A stretch of DNA of 64,000 bases from Eledone cirrhosa. Taxonomy: Eukaryota. The notes under the pieces are model-generated. The model was not told the DNA's origin. It was given only the letters and a program-made list of their open reading frames with translations, and did no database searches. The DNA lies in contig CAXHJY010000738.1 in the NCBI GenBank assembly GCA_964016885.1, forward strand, positions 1 through 64,000. Direction: 5' to 3'. This document shows, one piece after another, positions 1 through 16,700 of this stretch. A program made the position numbers and the translations under genes. How positions within the stretch are numbered: position 1 is the stretch's first letter; each line of letters opens with the position of its first letter.

Positions 1-3000
1 TACAGTATGTATATTACAGTTCAGTAGGTATATTACAGTACAGTAGGTATATCACAGTACAGTAGGTATAATACAGTACAGTAGATATATTACAGTACAG
101 TAGGTATATTACAGTACAGTAGATATATTACAGTACAGTAGATATATTACAGTACAGTAGATATATTACAGTACAGTAGGTATATTACAGTACAGTAGGT
201 ATATTACAGTACAGTAGGTATATTACAGTACAGTAGGTATATTACAGTACAGTAGGTATATTACAGTACAGTAGGTATATTACAGTACAGTAGGTATATT
301 ACAGTACAGTAGGTATATTACAGTACAGTAGGTATATTACAGTACAGTAGATATATTACAGTACAGTAGGTATATTACAGTACAGTAGATATATTACAGT
401 ACAGTAGGTATATTACAGTACAGTAGATATATTACAGTACAGTAGGTATATTACAGTACAGTAGGTATATTACAGTACAGTAGATATATTACAGTACAGT
501 AGGTATATTACAGTACAGTAGATATATTACAGTACAGTAGGTATAATACAGTACAGTAGGTATATTACAGTACAGTAGATATATTACAGTACAGTAGATA
601 TATTACAGTACAGTAGATATATTACAGTACAGTAGGTATATTACAGTACAGTAGATATATTACAGTACAGTAGGTATATTACAGTACAGTAGGTATATTA
701 CAGTACAGTAGGTATATTACAGTACAGTAGATATATTACAGTACAGTAGATATATTACAGTACAGTAGATATATTACAGTACAGTAGGTATATTACAGTA
801 CAGTAGATATATTACAGTAGCAGTAGGTATATTACAGTACAGTAGGTTTATTACAGTACAGTAGATATATTACAGTACAGTATGTATATTACAGTACAGT
901 ATATATATTACAGTACAGTAGGTATATTACAATACAGTAGGTATATCACAGTACAGTAGGTATAATACAGTACAGTAGATATATTACAGTACAGTAGGTA
1001 TATTACAGTACAGTAGGTATATTACAGTACAGTAGGTATATTACAGTACAGTACGTATATTACAGTACAGTAGTTATATTACAGTACAGTAGATATATTA
1101 CAATACAGTAGGTATATTACAGTACAGTAGATATATTACAGTACAGTAGATATATTACAGTACAGTAGAGTATAATACAGTACAGTAGGTATATTACAGT
1201 ACAGTAGATATATTACAGTACAGTAGATATATTACTGTACAGTAGGTATATTACAGTACAATAGATATATTACAGTAGGTATATTACAGTACAGTAGGTA
1301 TATTACAGTACAGTAGATATATTACAGTACAGTAGATATATTACAGTACAGTAGGTATATTACAGTACAGTAGGTATATTACAGTACAGTAGGTATATTA
1401 CAGTACAGTAGGATATATTACAGTACAGTATGTATATCTACAGTATGTATATTACAGTACAGTAGATATATTACAGTACAGTAGATATATTACAGTACAG
1501 TAGGTATATTACAGTACAGTAGATATATTACAGTACAGTAGATATATTACAGTACAGTAGGTATATTACAGTACAGTATGTATATTAAAGTATTATATTA
1601 CAGTACAGTAGATATAATACAGTACAGTAGATATATTACAGTACAGTAGATATATTACAGTACAGTAGGTATATTATACAGTACAGTAGATATATTACAG
1701 TACAGTAGGATATATTACAGTACAGTAGGTATATTACAGTACAGTAGATATATTACAGTACAGTAGATATATTACAGTACAGTAGATATATTACAGTACA
1801 GTAGGTATATTACAGTACAGTAGGTATATTACAGTACAGTAGATAGAGTACAGTACAGTAGATATATTACAGTACAGTAGGTATATTACAGTACAGTAGG
1901 TATATTACAGTACAGTAGGTATATTACAGTAGGTATATTACAGTACAGTAGGTATATTACAGTACAGTAGGTATATTACAGTACAGTAGAGTATATTACA
2001 GTACAGTAGATAGATTACAGTACAGTAGGTATATTACAGTACAGTAGATATATTACAGTACAGTAGATATATTACAGTACAGTAGATATATTACAGTACA
2101 GTAGGTATATTACAGTACAGTAGATATATTACAGTACAGTAGGTATATTACAGTACAGTAGATATATTACAGTACAGTAGGTATATTACAGTACAGTAGG
2201 TATATTACAGTACAGTAGGTATATTACAGTACAGTAGATATAATACAGTACAGTAGGTATAATACAGTACAGTAGGTATATTACAGTACAGTAGGTATAT
2301 TACAGTACAGTAGGTATATTACAGTACAGTAGGTATAATACAGTACAGTAGGTATATTACAGTACAGTAGTTATACAGTAGTATATATTACAGTACAGTA
2401 CAGTAGTATATTACAGTACAGTAGGTATATTAACAGTACAGTAGGTATATTACAGTACAGTAGGTATATTACAGTACAGTAGGATATATTACAGTACAGT
2501 AGGTATATTACAGTACAGTAGGATATACAGTACAGTAGTATATTACAGTACAGTAGGTATATTACAGTACAGTAGGTATATTACAGTACAGTAGATATAT
2601 TACAGTACAGTAGGTATATTACAGTACAGTAGATATATTACAGTACAGTAGTTATATTACAGTACAGTAGTATAATACAGTACAGTAGATATATTACAGT
2701 ACAGTAGGTATATTACAGTACAGTAGGTATATTACAGTACAGTAGATATATTACAGTACAGTAGGTATATTACAGTACAGTAGGTATATTACAGTACAGT
2801 AGGTATATTACAGTACAGTAGTTATATTACAGTACAGTAGCTTTATTACAGTACAGTAGGTATATTACAGTACAGTAGGTATATTACAGTACAGTAGGAA
2901 TACTACAGTACAGTAGGTATATTACAGTACAGTAGGTATATTACAGTACAGTAGGTATATTACAGTACAGTAGGTATATTACAGTACAGTAGGTATATTA

Positions 3001-6000
3001 CAGTACAGTAGATATATTACAGTACAGTAGCTATATTACAGTACAGTAGGTATATTACAGTACAGTAGGTATATTACAGTACAGTAGGAATATTACAGTA
3101 CAGTAGGTATATTTACAGTACAGTAGGTATATTACAGTACAGTAGATATATTACAGTACAGTAGATATATTACAGTACAGTAGGTATATTACAGTACAGT
3201 AGGTATATTACAGTACAGTAGGTATATTACAGTACAGTATGTATATTACAGTACAGTAGGTATATTACAGTACAGTAGGTATATTACAGTACAGTAGGTA
3301 TATTACAGTACAGTAGGTATAATACAGTACAGTAGATATATTACAGTACAGTAGTTATATTACAGTACAGTAGATATATTACAGTACAGTAGATATATTA
3401 CAGTACAGTAGGTATATTACAGTACAGTAGGTATATTACAGTACAGTAGGTATATTACAGTACAGTAGATATATTACAGTACAGTAGGTATATTACAGTA
3501 CAGTAGATATATTACAGTACAGTAGGTATATTACAGTACAGTAGGTATATTACAGTACAGTAGGTATATTACAGTACAGTAGAGTATAATACAGTACAGT
3601 AGATATATTACAGTACAGTAGGTATATTACAGTACAGTAGATATATTACAGTACAGTAGGTATATTACAGTACAGTAGATATATTACAGTACAGTAGGTA
3701 TATTACAGTACAGTAGGTATATTACGAGTACAGTAGATATATTACAGTACAGTAGGTATATTACAGTACAGTAGAGTATATTACAGTACAGTAGGTATAA
3801 TACAGTACAGTAGGTATATTACAGTACAGTAGAGTATATTACAGTACAGTAGATATATTACAGTACAGTAGTATATTACAGTACAGTAGGTATATTACAG
3901 TACAGTAGATATATTACAGTACAGTAGTATATTACAGTACAGTAGGTATATTACAGACAGTAGGTATATTACAGTACAGTAGATATATTACAGTACATTA
4001 GATATATTACAGTACAGTAGATATATTACAGTACAGTAGGTATATTACAAGTACAGTAGGTATATTACAGTACAGTAGATATATTACAGTACAGTAGGTA
4101 TATTACAGTACAGTAGGTTATATTACAGTACAGTAGATATATTACAGTACAGTATGTATATTACAGTACAGTATGTATATTACAGTACAGTAAGGTATAT
4201 TACAGTACAGTAGGTATATTACAGTACAGTAGGTATATTACAGTACAGTAGTAGATATTACAGTACAGTAGGTATATTACAGTACAGTAGGTATATTACA
4301 GTACAGTAGGTATATTTACAGTACAGTAGGTATATTACAGTACAGTAGTTATATTACAGTACAGTAGATATATTATCATACAGTAGGTATATTACAGTAC
4401 AGTAGATATATTACAGTACAGTAGGTATATTACAGTACAGTAGATATATTACAGTACAGTAGGTATAATACAGTAGGTATATTACAGTACAGTAGATATA
4501 TTACAGTACAGTAGATATATTACAGTACAGTAGGTATATTACAGTACAAGATATATACAGTAGGTATATTACAGTACAGTAGGTATATTACAGTACAGTA
4601 GATATATTACAGTACAGTAGGTATATTACAGTACAGTAGGTATATTACAGTACAGTAGGTATATTACAGTACAGTAGTATATTACAGTACAGTAGATATA
4701 TTACAGTACAGTAGGTATATTACAGTACAGTGTATATTACAGTACAGTAGATATATTACAGTACAGTAGTATATTACAGTACAGTAGGTATATTACAGTA
4801 CAGTAGATATATTACAGTACAGTAGATATATTACAGTACAGTAGGTATATTACAGTACAGTAGGTATATTACAGTAGTATATTACAGTACAGTAGATATA
4901 TTACAGTACAGTAGATATATTACAGTACAGTAGATATATTACAGTACAGTAGGTATAATTACAGTACAGTAGATATATTACAGTACAGTAGGTATATTAC
5001 AGTACAGTAGGTATATTACAGTACAGTAGATATATTACAGTACAGTAGATATATTACAGTACAGTAGTATATTACAGTACAGTAGGTATATTACAGTACA
5101 GTAGGTATATTACAGTACAGTAGGTATATTACAGTACAGTAGATATATTACAGTACAGTAGTATATTACAGTACAGTAGGTATATTACAGTACAGTAGGT
5201 ATATTACAGTACAGTAGATAGATTACAGTACAGTAGGTATATTACAGTACAGTAGGATATATTACAGTACAGTAGATATATTACAGTACAGTAGATATAT
5301 TACAGTACAGTAGGTATATTACAGTACAGTAGGTATATTACAGTACAGTAGGTATAATTACAGTACAGTAGGTATATTACAGTACAGTAGGTATATTACA
5401 GTACAGTAGGTATATTACAGTACAGTAGGTATATTACAGTACAGTAGGTATATTACAGTACAGTAGGTATATTACAGTACAGTAGGTATATTACAGTACA
5501 GTAGGATATTACAGTACAGTAGGTTATATTACAGTACAGTAGGTATATTACAGTACAGTAGGTATATTACAGTACAGTAGATATATTACAGTACAGTAGG
5601 TATAATACAGTACAGTAGGTATATTACAGTACAGTAGTATATTACAGTACAGTAGGTATATTACAGTACAGTAGGTATATTACAGTACAGTAGGTATATT
5701 ACAGTACAGTAGGTATATTACAGTACAGTAGGTATATTACAGTACAGTAGGTATAATACAGTACAGTAGGTATATTACAGTACAGTAGGTATATTACAGT
5801 ACAGTAGATATATTACAGTACAGTAGATATATTACAGTACAGTAGGTATATTACAGTACAGTAGGTATATTACAGTACAGTAGATATATTACAGTACAGT
5901 AGTTATATTACAGTACAGTAGGTATATTACAGTACAGTAGGTATATTACAGTACAGTAGGATATATTACAGTACAGTAGATATATTACAGTACAGTAGGT

Positions 6001-7950
6001 ATATTACAGTACAGTAGGTATATTACAGTACAGTAGGTATATTACAGTACAGTAGGTATATTACAGTACAGTAGGTATATTACAGTACAGTAGGTATATT
6101 ACAGTACAGTAGGTATATTACAGTACAGTAGGTATAATTACAGTACAGTAGGTATATTACAGTACAGTAGGTATATTACAGTACAGTAGATATATTACAG
6201 TACAGTAGAGTATATTACAGTACAGTAGATATATTACAGTACAGTAGGTATATTACAGTACAGTAGGTATATTACAGTACAGTAGGTATATTACAGTACA
6301 GTAGGTATATTACAGTACAGTAGGTATATTACAGTACAGTAGGTATATTACAGTACAGTAGATATATTACAGTACAGTAGGTATATTACAGTACAGTAGA
6401 TATATTACAGTACAGTAGATATATTACAGTACAGTAGGTATATTACAGTACAGTAGGTATATTACAGTACATTAGGTATATTACAGTACAGTAGGTATAA
6501 TACAGTACAGTAGATATATTACAGGTACAGTAGGTATATTACAGTACAGTAGGTATAGTTACAGTACAGTAGGATATATTACAGTACAGTAGGTATAATA
6601 CAGTACAGTAGGTATATTACAGTACAGTAGGTATATTACAGTACAGTAGGTATATTACAGTACAGTAGGTATATTACAGTACAGTAGGTATATTACAGTA
6701 CAGTAGGTATATTACAGTACAGTAGGTATATTACAGTACAGTAGGTATATTACAGTACAGTAGGTATATTACAGTACAGTAGATATATTACAGTACAGTA
6801 GGTATATTACAGTACAGTAGATATATTACAGTACAGTAGGTATATTACAGTACAGTAGGTATATTACAGTACAGTAGATATATTACAGTACAGTAGTATA
6901 TTACAGTACAGTAGGTATATTACAGTACAGTAGGTATATTACAGTACAGTAGGTATATTCACAGTACAGTAGGTATAATACAGTACAGTAGATATATTAC
7001 AGTACAGTAGGTATATTACAGTACAGTAGATATATTACAGTACAGTAGATATATTACAGTAGGTATATTACAGTACAGTAGATATATTACAGTACAGTAG
7101 GTATATTACAGTACAGTAGGTATATTACAGTACAGTAGATATATTACAGTACAGTAGGTATATTACAGTACAGTAGATATATTACAGTACAGTAGGTATA
7201 TTACAGTACAGTAGGTTATATTACAGTACAGTAGATATATTACAGTACAGTAGGTATAATACAGTACAGTAGGTATATTACAGTACAGTAGGTATATTAC
7301 AGTACAGTAGGTATATTACAGTACAGTAGGTATATTACAGTACAGTAGGTATATTACAGTACAGTAGGTATATTACAGTACAGTAGGTATATTACAGTAC
7401 AGTAGATATATTACAGTACAGTAGGTATATTACAGTACAGTAGGTATATTACAGTACAGTAGATATATTACAGTACAGTAGGTATATTACAGTACAGTAG
7501 ATATATTACAGTACAGTAGGTATAATACAGTACAGTAGGTATATTACAGTACAGTAGATATATTACAGTACAGTAGGTATATTACAGTACAGTAGATATA
7601 TTACAGTACAGTAGGTATATTACAGTACAGTAGATATATTACAGTACAGTAGGTATATTACAGTACAGTAGGTATATTACAGTACAGTAGGTATATTACA
7701 GTACAGTAGATATATTACAGTACAGTAGGATATATTACAGTACAGTAGGTATATTACAGTACAGTAGGTATATTACAGTACAGTAGGTATATTACAGTAC
7801 AGTAGATATATTACAGTACAGTAGGTATATTACAGTACAGTAGGTATATTACAGTACAGTAGATATATTACAGTACAGTAAGTATATTACAGTACAGTAT
7901 GTATATTACAGTACAGTAGGTATATTACAGTACAGTAGGTATATTACAGT
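1..7950. repeat. Higher-order copy of about 11,530-19,480 (offset about 11.53-11.56 kb), degraded by small indels
   Basis: Shared rare markers in the same order: gttcag 20/11564; tactgtacagta 1233/12794; taaagtattatat 1586/13145; agatagagtac 1841/13397; tacattagg 6468/18001; 14-bp unit at about 7055/18585. Confidence 0.8.
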
Positions 7951-10749
7951 ACAGTAGGTATATTACAGTACAGTAGTATATTACAGTACAGTAGGTATAT
8001 TACAGTACAGTAGTATATTACAGTACAGTAGGTATATTACAGTACAGTAGGTATATTACAGTACAGTAGGTATATTACAGTACAGTAGATATATTACAGT
8101 ACAGTAGATATATTACAGTACAGTAGGTATATACAGTACAGTAGGTATATTACAGTACAGTAGTTATATTACAGTACAGTAGATATATTACAGTACAGTA
8201 GATATATTACAGTACAGTAGGTATATTACAGTACAGTAGGATATATTACAGTACAGTAGTATATTACAGTACAGTAGTTATATTACAGTACAGTAGGTAT
8301 ATTACAGTACAGTAGGTATATTACAGTACAGTAGGTATATTACAGTACAGTAGGTATATTACAGTACAGTAGGTATATTACAGTACAGTAGTTATATTAC
8401 AGTACAGTAGGTATATTACAGTACAGTAGATATATTACAGTACAGTAGAGTATATTACAGTACAGTAGATATATTACAGTACAGTAGGTATATTACAGTA
8501 CAGTAGATATATTACAGTACAGTAGGTATATTACAGTACAGTAGTTATATTACAGTACAGTAGGTATATTACAGTACAGTAGTATATTACAGTACAGTAG
8601 GTATATTACAGTACAGTAGGTATATTACAGTACAGTAGGTATATTACAGTACAGTAGGTATATTACAGTACAGTAGATATATTACAGTACAGTAGGTATA
8701 TTACAGTACAGTAGGTATATTACAGTACAGTAGATATATTACAGTACAGTAGGTATATTACAGTACAGTAGGTATATTACAGTACAGTAGATATATTACA
8801 GTACAGTAGGTATATTACAGTACAGTAGATATATTACAGTACAGTAGGTATATTACAGTACAGTAGTAATATTACAGTACAGTAGATATATTACAGTACA
8901 GTAGTTATATTACAGTAACAGTAGGTATATTACAGTACAGTAGGTATATTACAGTACAGTAGGATATATTACAGTACAGTAGGTATATTACAGTACAGTA
9001 GGTATATTACAGTACAGTAGTATATTACAGTACAGTAGTTATATTACAGTACAGTAGATATATTACAGTACAGTAGGTATATTACAGTACAGTAGGTATA
9101 TTACAGTACAGTAGGTATATTACAGTACAGTAGGTATATTACAGTACAGTAGGTATATTACAGTACAGTAGGTATATTACAGTACAGTAGGTATATTACA
9201 GTACAGTAGGTATATTACAGTACAGTAGTTATATTACAGTACAGTAGATATTATTACAGTACAGTAGGTATATTACAGTACAGTAGGTATATTACAGTAC
9301 AGTAGGTATATTACAGTACAGTAGGTATATTACAGTACAGTAGGTATATTACAGTACAGTAGGTATATTACAGTACAGTAGGTATATTACAGTACAGTAG
9401 ATATATTACAGTACAGTAGGTATATTACAGTACAGTAGTATATTACAGTACAGTAGGTATATTACAGTACAGTAGATATATTACAGTACAGTAGGTATAT
9501 TACAGTACAGTAGGTATATTACAGTACAGTAGATATATTACAGTACAGTAGTATATTACAGTACAGTAGATATATTACAGTACAGTAGGTATATTACAGT
9601 ACAGTAGGTATATTACAGTACAGTAGATATATTACAGTACAGTAGATATATTACAGTACAGTAGGTATATTACAGTACAGTAGGTATATTACAGTACAGT
9701 AGATATATTACAGTACAGTAGGTATATTACAGTACAGTAGGTATATTACAGTACAGTAGGTATATTACAGTACAGTAGAGTATATTACAGTACAGTAGAT
9801 ATATTACAGTACAGTAGATATATTACAGTACAGTAGGTATATTACAGTACAGTAGATATATTACAGTACAGTAGGTATATTACAGTACAGTAGGTTTATT
9901 ACAGTACAGTAGATATATTACAGTACAGTATGTATATTACAGTACAGTATGTATATTACAGTACAGTAGGTATATTACAGTACAGTAGGTATATTACAGT
10001 ACAGTAGGTATATTACAGTACAGTAGATATATTACAGTACAGTAGGTATATTACAGTACAGTAGGTATATTACAGTACAGTAGGATATATTACAGTACAG
10101 TACGTATATTACAGTACAGTAGGTATATTACAGTACAGTAGATATATTACAGTACAGTAGGTATATTACAGTACAGTAGATATATTACAGTACAGTAGAG
10201 TATATTACAGTACAGTAGGTATATTACAGTACAGTAGGTATATTACAGTACAGTAGATATATTACAGTACAGTAGATATATTACAGTACAGTAGGTATAT
10301 TACAGTACAGTAGATATATTACAGTACAGTAGTATATTACAGTACAGTAGGTATATTACAGTACAGTAGATATATTACAGTACAGTAGATATATTACAGT
10401 ACAGTAGGTATATTACAGTACAGTAGGTATATTACAGTACAGTAGGTATATTACAGTACAGTAGATATATTACAGTACAGTAGGTATACAGTACAGTAGT
10501 ATATTACAGTACAGTAGATATATTACAGTACAGTAGATATATTACAGTACAGTAGGTATATTACAGTACAGTAGATATATTACAGTACAGTAGATATATT
10601 ACAGTACAGTAGGTATATTACAGTACAGTATGTATATTACCGTATGTATATTACAGTACAGTAGATATATTACAGTACAGTAGATATATTACAGTACAGT
10701 AGGTATATTACAGTACAGTAGGTATATTACAGTACAGTAGGTATATTAC

Positions 10750-13700
10750 AGTACAGTAGATATATTACAGTACAGTAGGGATATTACAGTACAGTAGGTA
10801 TATTACAGTACAGTAGATATATTACAGTACCGTAGGTATATTACAGTACAGTAGGTATATTACAGTACAGTAGATATTTTACAGTACAGTAGGTATAATA
10901 CAGTACAGTAGATATATTACAGTACAGTAGTTATAATACAGTACAGTAGTAATAATACAGTACAGTAGATATATTACAGTACAGTAGTTATATTACAGTA
11001 CAGTAGGTATATTACAGTACAGTAGGTATATTACAGTACAGTAGATATATTACAGTACAGTAGGTATAATACAGTACAGTAGGTATATTACAGTAAGTAT
11101 ATTACAGTACAGTAGTTATATTACAGTACAGTAGCTTTATTACAGTACAGTAGGTATATTACAGTACAGTAGGTATATTACAGTACAGTAGGAATATTAC
11201 AGTACAGTAGGTATATTGCAGTACAGTAGGTATATTACAGTACAGTAGGTATATTACAGTACAGTAGGTATATTACAGTACAGTAGGTATATTACAGTAC
11301 AGTAGTTATATTACAGTACAATAGCTTTATTACAGTACAGTAGGTATATTACAGTACAGTAGGTATATTACAGTACAGTAGGAATATTACAGTACAGTAG
11401 GTATATTGCAGTACAGTAGGTATATTACAGTACAGTAGATATATTACAGTACAGTAGATATATTACAGTACACTAGGTATATTACAGTACAGTAGGTATA
11501 TTACAGTACAGTAGATATATTACAGTACAGTATGTATATTACAGTACAGTATGTATATTACAGTTCAGTAGGTATATTACAGTACAGTAGGTATATCACA
11601 GTACAGTAGGTATAATACAGTACAGTAGATATATTACAGTACAGTAGGTATATTACAGTACAGTAGATATATTACAGTACAGTAGATATATTACAGTACA
11701 GTAGATATATTACAGTACAGTAGATATATTACAGTACAGTAGGTATATTACAGTACAGTAGGTATATTACAGTACAGTAGATATATTACAGTACAGTAGG
11801 TATATTACAGTACAGTAGGTATATTACAGTACAGTAGGTATATTACAGTACAGTAGGTATATTACAGTACAGTAGATATATTACAGTACAGTAGGTATAT
11901 TACAGTACAGTAGATATATTACAGTACAGTAGGTATATTACAGTACAGTAGATATATTACAGTACAGTAGGTATATTACAGTACAGTAGGTATATTACAG
12001 TACAGTAGATATATTACAGTACAGTAGGTATATTACAGTACAGTAGATATATTACAGTACAGTAGGTATAATACAGTACAGTAGGTATATTACAGTACAG
12101 TAGATATATTACAGTACAGTAGATATATTACAGTACAGTAGATATATTACAGTACATTAGGTATATTACAGTACAGTAGATATATTACAGTACAGTAGGT
12201 ATATTACAGTACAGTAGGTATATTACAGTACACTAGGTATATTACAGTACAGTAGATATATTACAGTACAGTAGATATATTACAGTACAGTAGATATATT
12301 ACAGTACAGTAGGTATATTACAGTACAGTAGATATATTACAGTGCAGTAGGTATATTACAGTACAGTAGGTTTATTACAGTACAGTAGATATATTACAGT
12401 ACAGTATGTATATTACAGTACAGTATATATATTACAGTACAGTAGGTATATTACAATACAGTAGGTATATCACAGTACAGTAGGTATAATACAGTACAGT
12501 AGATATATTACAGTACAGTAGGTATATTACAGTACAGTAGGTATATTACAGTACAGTAGGTATATTACAGTACAGTAGGTATATTACAGTACAGTAGGTA
12601 TATTACAGTACAGTACGTATATTACAGTACAGTAGTTATATTACAGTACAGTAGATATATAACAATACAGTAGGTATATTACAGTACAGTAGATATATTA
12701 CAGTACAGTAGATATATTACAGTACAGTAGGTATAATACAGTACGGTAGGTATATTACAGTACAGTAGATATATTACAGTACAGTAGATATATTACTGTA
12801 CAGTAGGTATATTACAGTACAATAGATATATTACAGTAGGTATATTACAGTACAGTAGGTATATTACAGTACAGTAGATATATTACAGTACAGTAGATAT
12901 ATTACAGTACAGTAGGTATATTACAGTACAGTAGGTATATTACAGTACAGTAGGTATATTACAGTACAGTAGATATATTACAGTACAGTATGTATATTAC
13001 AGTATGTATATTACAGTACAGTAGATATATTACAGTACAGTAGATATATTACAGTACAGTAGGTATATTACAGTACAGTAGATATATTACAGTACAGTAG
13101 ATATATTACAGTACAGTAGGTATATTACAGTACAGTATGTATATTAAAGTATTATATTACAGTACAGTAGATATAATACAGTACAGTAGATATATTACAG
13201 TACAGTAGATATATTACAGTACAGTAGGTATATTATAGTACAGTAGATATATTACAGTACAGTAGGTATATTACAGTACAGTAGGTATATTACAGTACAG
13301 TAGATATATTACAGTACAGTAGATATATTACAGTACAGTAGATATATTACAGTACAGTAGGTATATTACAGTACAGTAGGTATATTACAGTACAGTAGAT
13401 AGAGTACAGTACAGTAGATATATTACAGTACAGTAGGTATATTACAGTACAGTAGGTATATTACAGTACAGTAGGTATATTACAGTAGGTATATTACAGT
13501 ACAGTAGGTATATTACAGTACAGTAGGTATATTACAGTACAATAGGTATATTACAGTACAGTAGATAGATTACAGTACAGTAGGTATATTACAGTACAGT
13601 AGATATATTACAGTACAGTAGATATATTACAGTACAGTAGATATATTACAGTACAGTAGGTATATTACAGTACAGTAGATATATTACAGTACAGTAGGTA

Positions 13701-16700
13701 TATTACAGTACAGTAGATATATTACAGTACAGTAGGTATATTACAGTACAGTAGGTATATTACAGTACAGTAGGTATATTACAGTACAGTAGATATAATA
13801 CAGTACAGTAGGTATAATACAGTACAGTAGGTATATTACAGTACAGTAGGTATATTACAGTACAGTAGGTATATTACAGTACAGTAGTTATAATACAGTA
13901 CAGTAGGTATATTACAGTACAGTAGTTATAATACAGTACAGTAGGTATATTACAGTACAGTAGGTATATTACAGTACAGTAGGTATATTACAGTACAGTA
14001 GGTATATTACAGTACAGTAGATATATTACAGTACAGTAGGGATATTACAGTACAGTAGGTATATTACAGTACAGTAGATATATTACAGTACAGTAGGTAT
14101 ATTACAGTACAGTAGGTATATTACAGTACAGTAGATATTTTACAGAACAGTAGGTATAATACAGTACAGTAGATATATTACAGTACAGTAGTTATATTAC
14201 AGTACAGTAGTAATAATACAGTACAGTAGATATATTACAGTACAGTAGGTATATTACAGTACAGTAGGTATATTACAGTACAGTAGATATATTACAGTAC
14301 AGTAGGTATAATACAGTACAGTAGGTATATTACAGTACAGTAGGTATATTACAGTACAGTAGTTATATTACAGTACAGTAGCTTTATTACAGTACAGTAG
14401 GTATATTACAGTACAGTAGGTATATTACAGTACAGTAGGAATACTACAGTACAGTAGGTATATTGCAGTACAGTAGGTATATTACAGTACAGTAGGTATA
14501 TTACAGTACAGTAGGTATATTACAGTACAGTAGGTATATTACAGTACAGTAGTTATATTACAGTACAGTAGCTTTATTACAGTACAGTAGGTATATTACA
14601 GTACAGTAGGTATATTACAGTACAGTAGGAATATTACAGTACAGTAGGTATATTGCAGTACAGTAGGTATATTACAGTACAGTAGATATATTACAGTACA
14701 GTAGATATATTACAGTACACTAGGTATATTACAGTACAGTAGGTATATTACAGTACAGTAGATATATTACAGTACAGTATGTATATTACAGTACAGTATG
14801 TATATTACAGTTCAGTATGTATATTACAGTAAAGTAGGTATATCACAGTACAGTAGGTATAATACAGTACAGTAGATATATTACAGTACAGTAGTTATAT
14901 TACAGTACAGTAGATATATTACAGTACAGTAGATATATTACAGTACAGTAGATATATTACAGTACAGTAGGTATATTACAGTACAGTAGGTATATTACAG
15001 TACAGTAGATATATTACAGTACAGTAGGTATATTACAGTACAGTAGATATATTACAGTACAGTAGGTATATTACAGTACAGTAGGTATATTACAGTACAG
15101 TAGGTATATTACAGTACAGTAGGTATATTACAGTACAGTAGATATATTACAGTACAGTAGGTATATTACAGTACAGTAGATATATTACAGTACAGTAGGT
15201 ATATTACAGTACAGTAGATATATTACAGTACAGTAGGTATATTACAGTACAGTAGGTATATTAGAGTACAGTACATATATTACAGTACAGTAGGTATATT
15301 ACAGTACAGTAGATATATTACAGTACAGTAGGTATAATACAGTACAGTAGGTATATTACAGTACAGTAGATATATTACAGTACAGTAGATATATTACAGT
15401 ACAGTAGATATATTACAGTACAGTAGGTATATTACAGTACAGTAGATATATTACAGTACAGTAGGTATATTACAGTACAGTAGGTATATTACAGTACAGT
15501 AGGTATATTACAGTACAGTAGATATATTACAGTACATTAGATATATTACAGTACAGTAGATATATTACAGTACATTAGGTATATTACAGTACAGTAGGTA
15601 TATTACAGTACAGTAGATATATTACAGTACAGTAGGTATATTACAGTACAGTAGGTTTATTACAGTACAGTAGATATATTACCGTACAGTATGTATATTA
15701 CAGTACAGTATGTATATTACAGTACAGTACGTATATTACAGTACAGTAGGTATATCACAGTACAGTAGGTATAATACAGTACAGTAGATATATTACAGTA
15801 CAGTAGGTATATTACAGTACAGTAGGTATATTACAGTACAGTAGGTATATTACAGTACAGTAGGTATATTACAGTACAGTAGTTATATTACAGTACAGTA
15901 GATATATTACAATACAGTAGGTATATTACAGTACAGTAGATATATTACAGTACAGTAGGTATATTACAGTACAGTAGATATATTACAGTACAGTAGGTAT
16001 AATACAGTAGGTATATTACAGTACAGTAGATATATTACAGTACAGTAGATATATTACAGTACAGTAGGTATATTACAGTACAATAGATATATTACAGTAG
16101 GTATATTACAGTACAGTAGGTATATTACAGTACAGTAGATATATTACAGTACAGTAGATACATTACAGTACAGTAGGTATATTACAGTACAGTAGGTATA
16201 TTACAGTACAGTAGGTATATTACAGTACAGTAGATATATTACAGTACAGTATGTATATTACAGTATGTATATTACAGTACAGTAGATATATTACAGTACA
16301 GTAGATATATTACAGTACAGTAGGTGTATTACAGTACAGTAGATATATTACAGTACAGTAGATATATTACAGTACAGTAGGTATATTACAGTACAGTATG
16401 TATATTAAAGTATTATATTACAGTACAGTAGATATAATACAGTACAGTAGATATATTACAGTACAGTAGATATATTACAGTACAGTAGGTATATTATAGT
16501 ACAGTAGATATATTACAGTACAGTAGGTATATTACAGTACAGTAGGTATATTACAGTACAATAGATATATTACAGTACAGTAGATATATTACAGTACAGT
16601 AGATATATTACAGTACAGTAGGTATATTACAGTACAGTAGGTATATTACAGTACAGTAGATAGAGTACAGTACAGTAGATATATTACAGTACAGTAGGTA

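Noticed and set aside
1233-1244. Perfect 12-bp palindrome TACTGTACAGTA (12 copies noted) as a regulatory or recombination site
   Set aside because: It arises from a single A>T change in the consensus and is propagated with the duplications. It does not coincide with the inferred breakpoints. It is useful only as a restriction marker.
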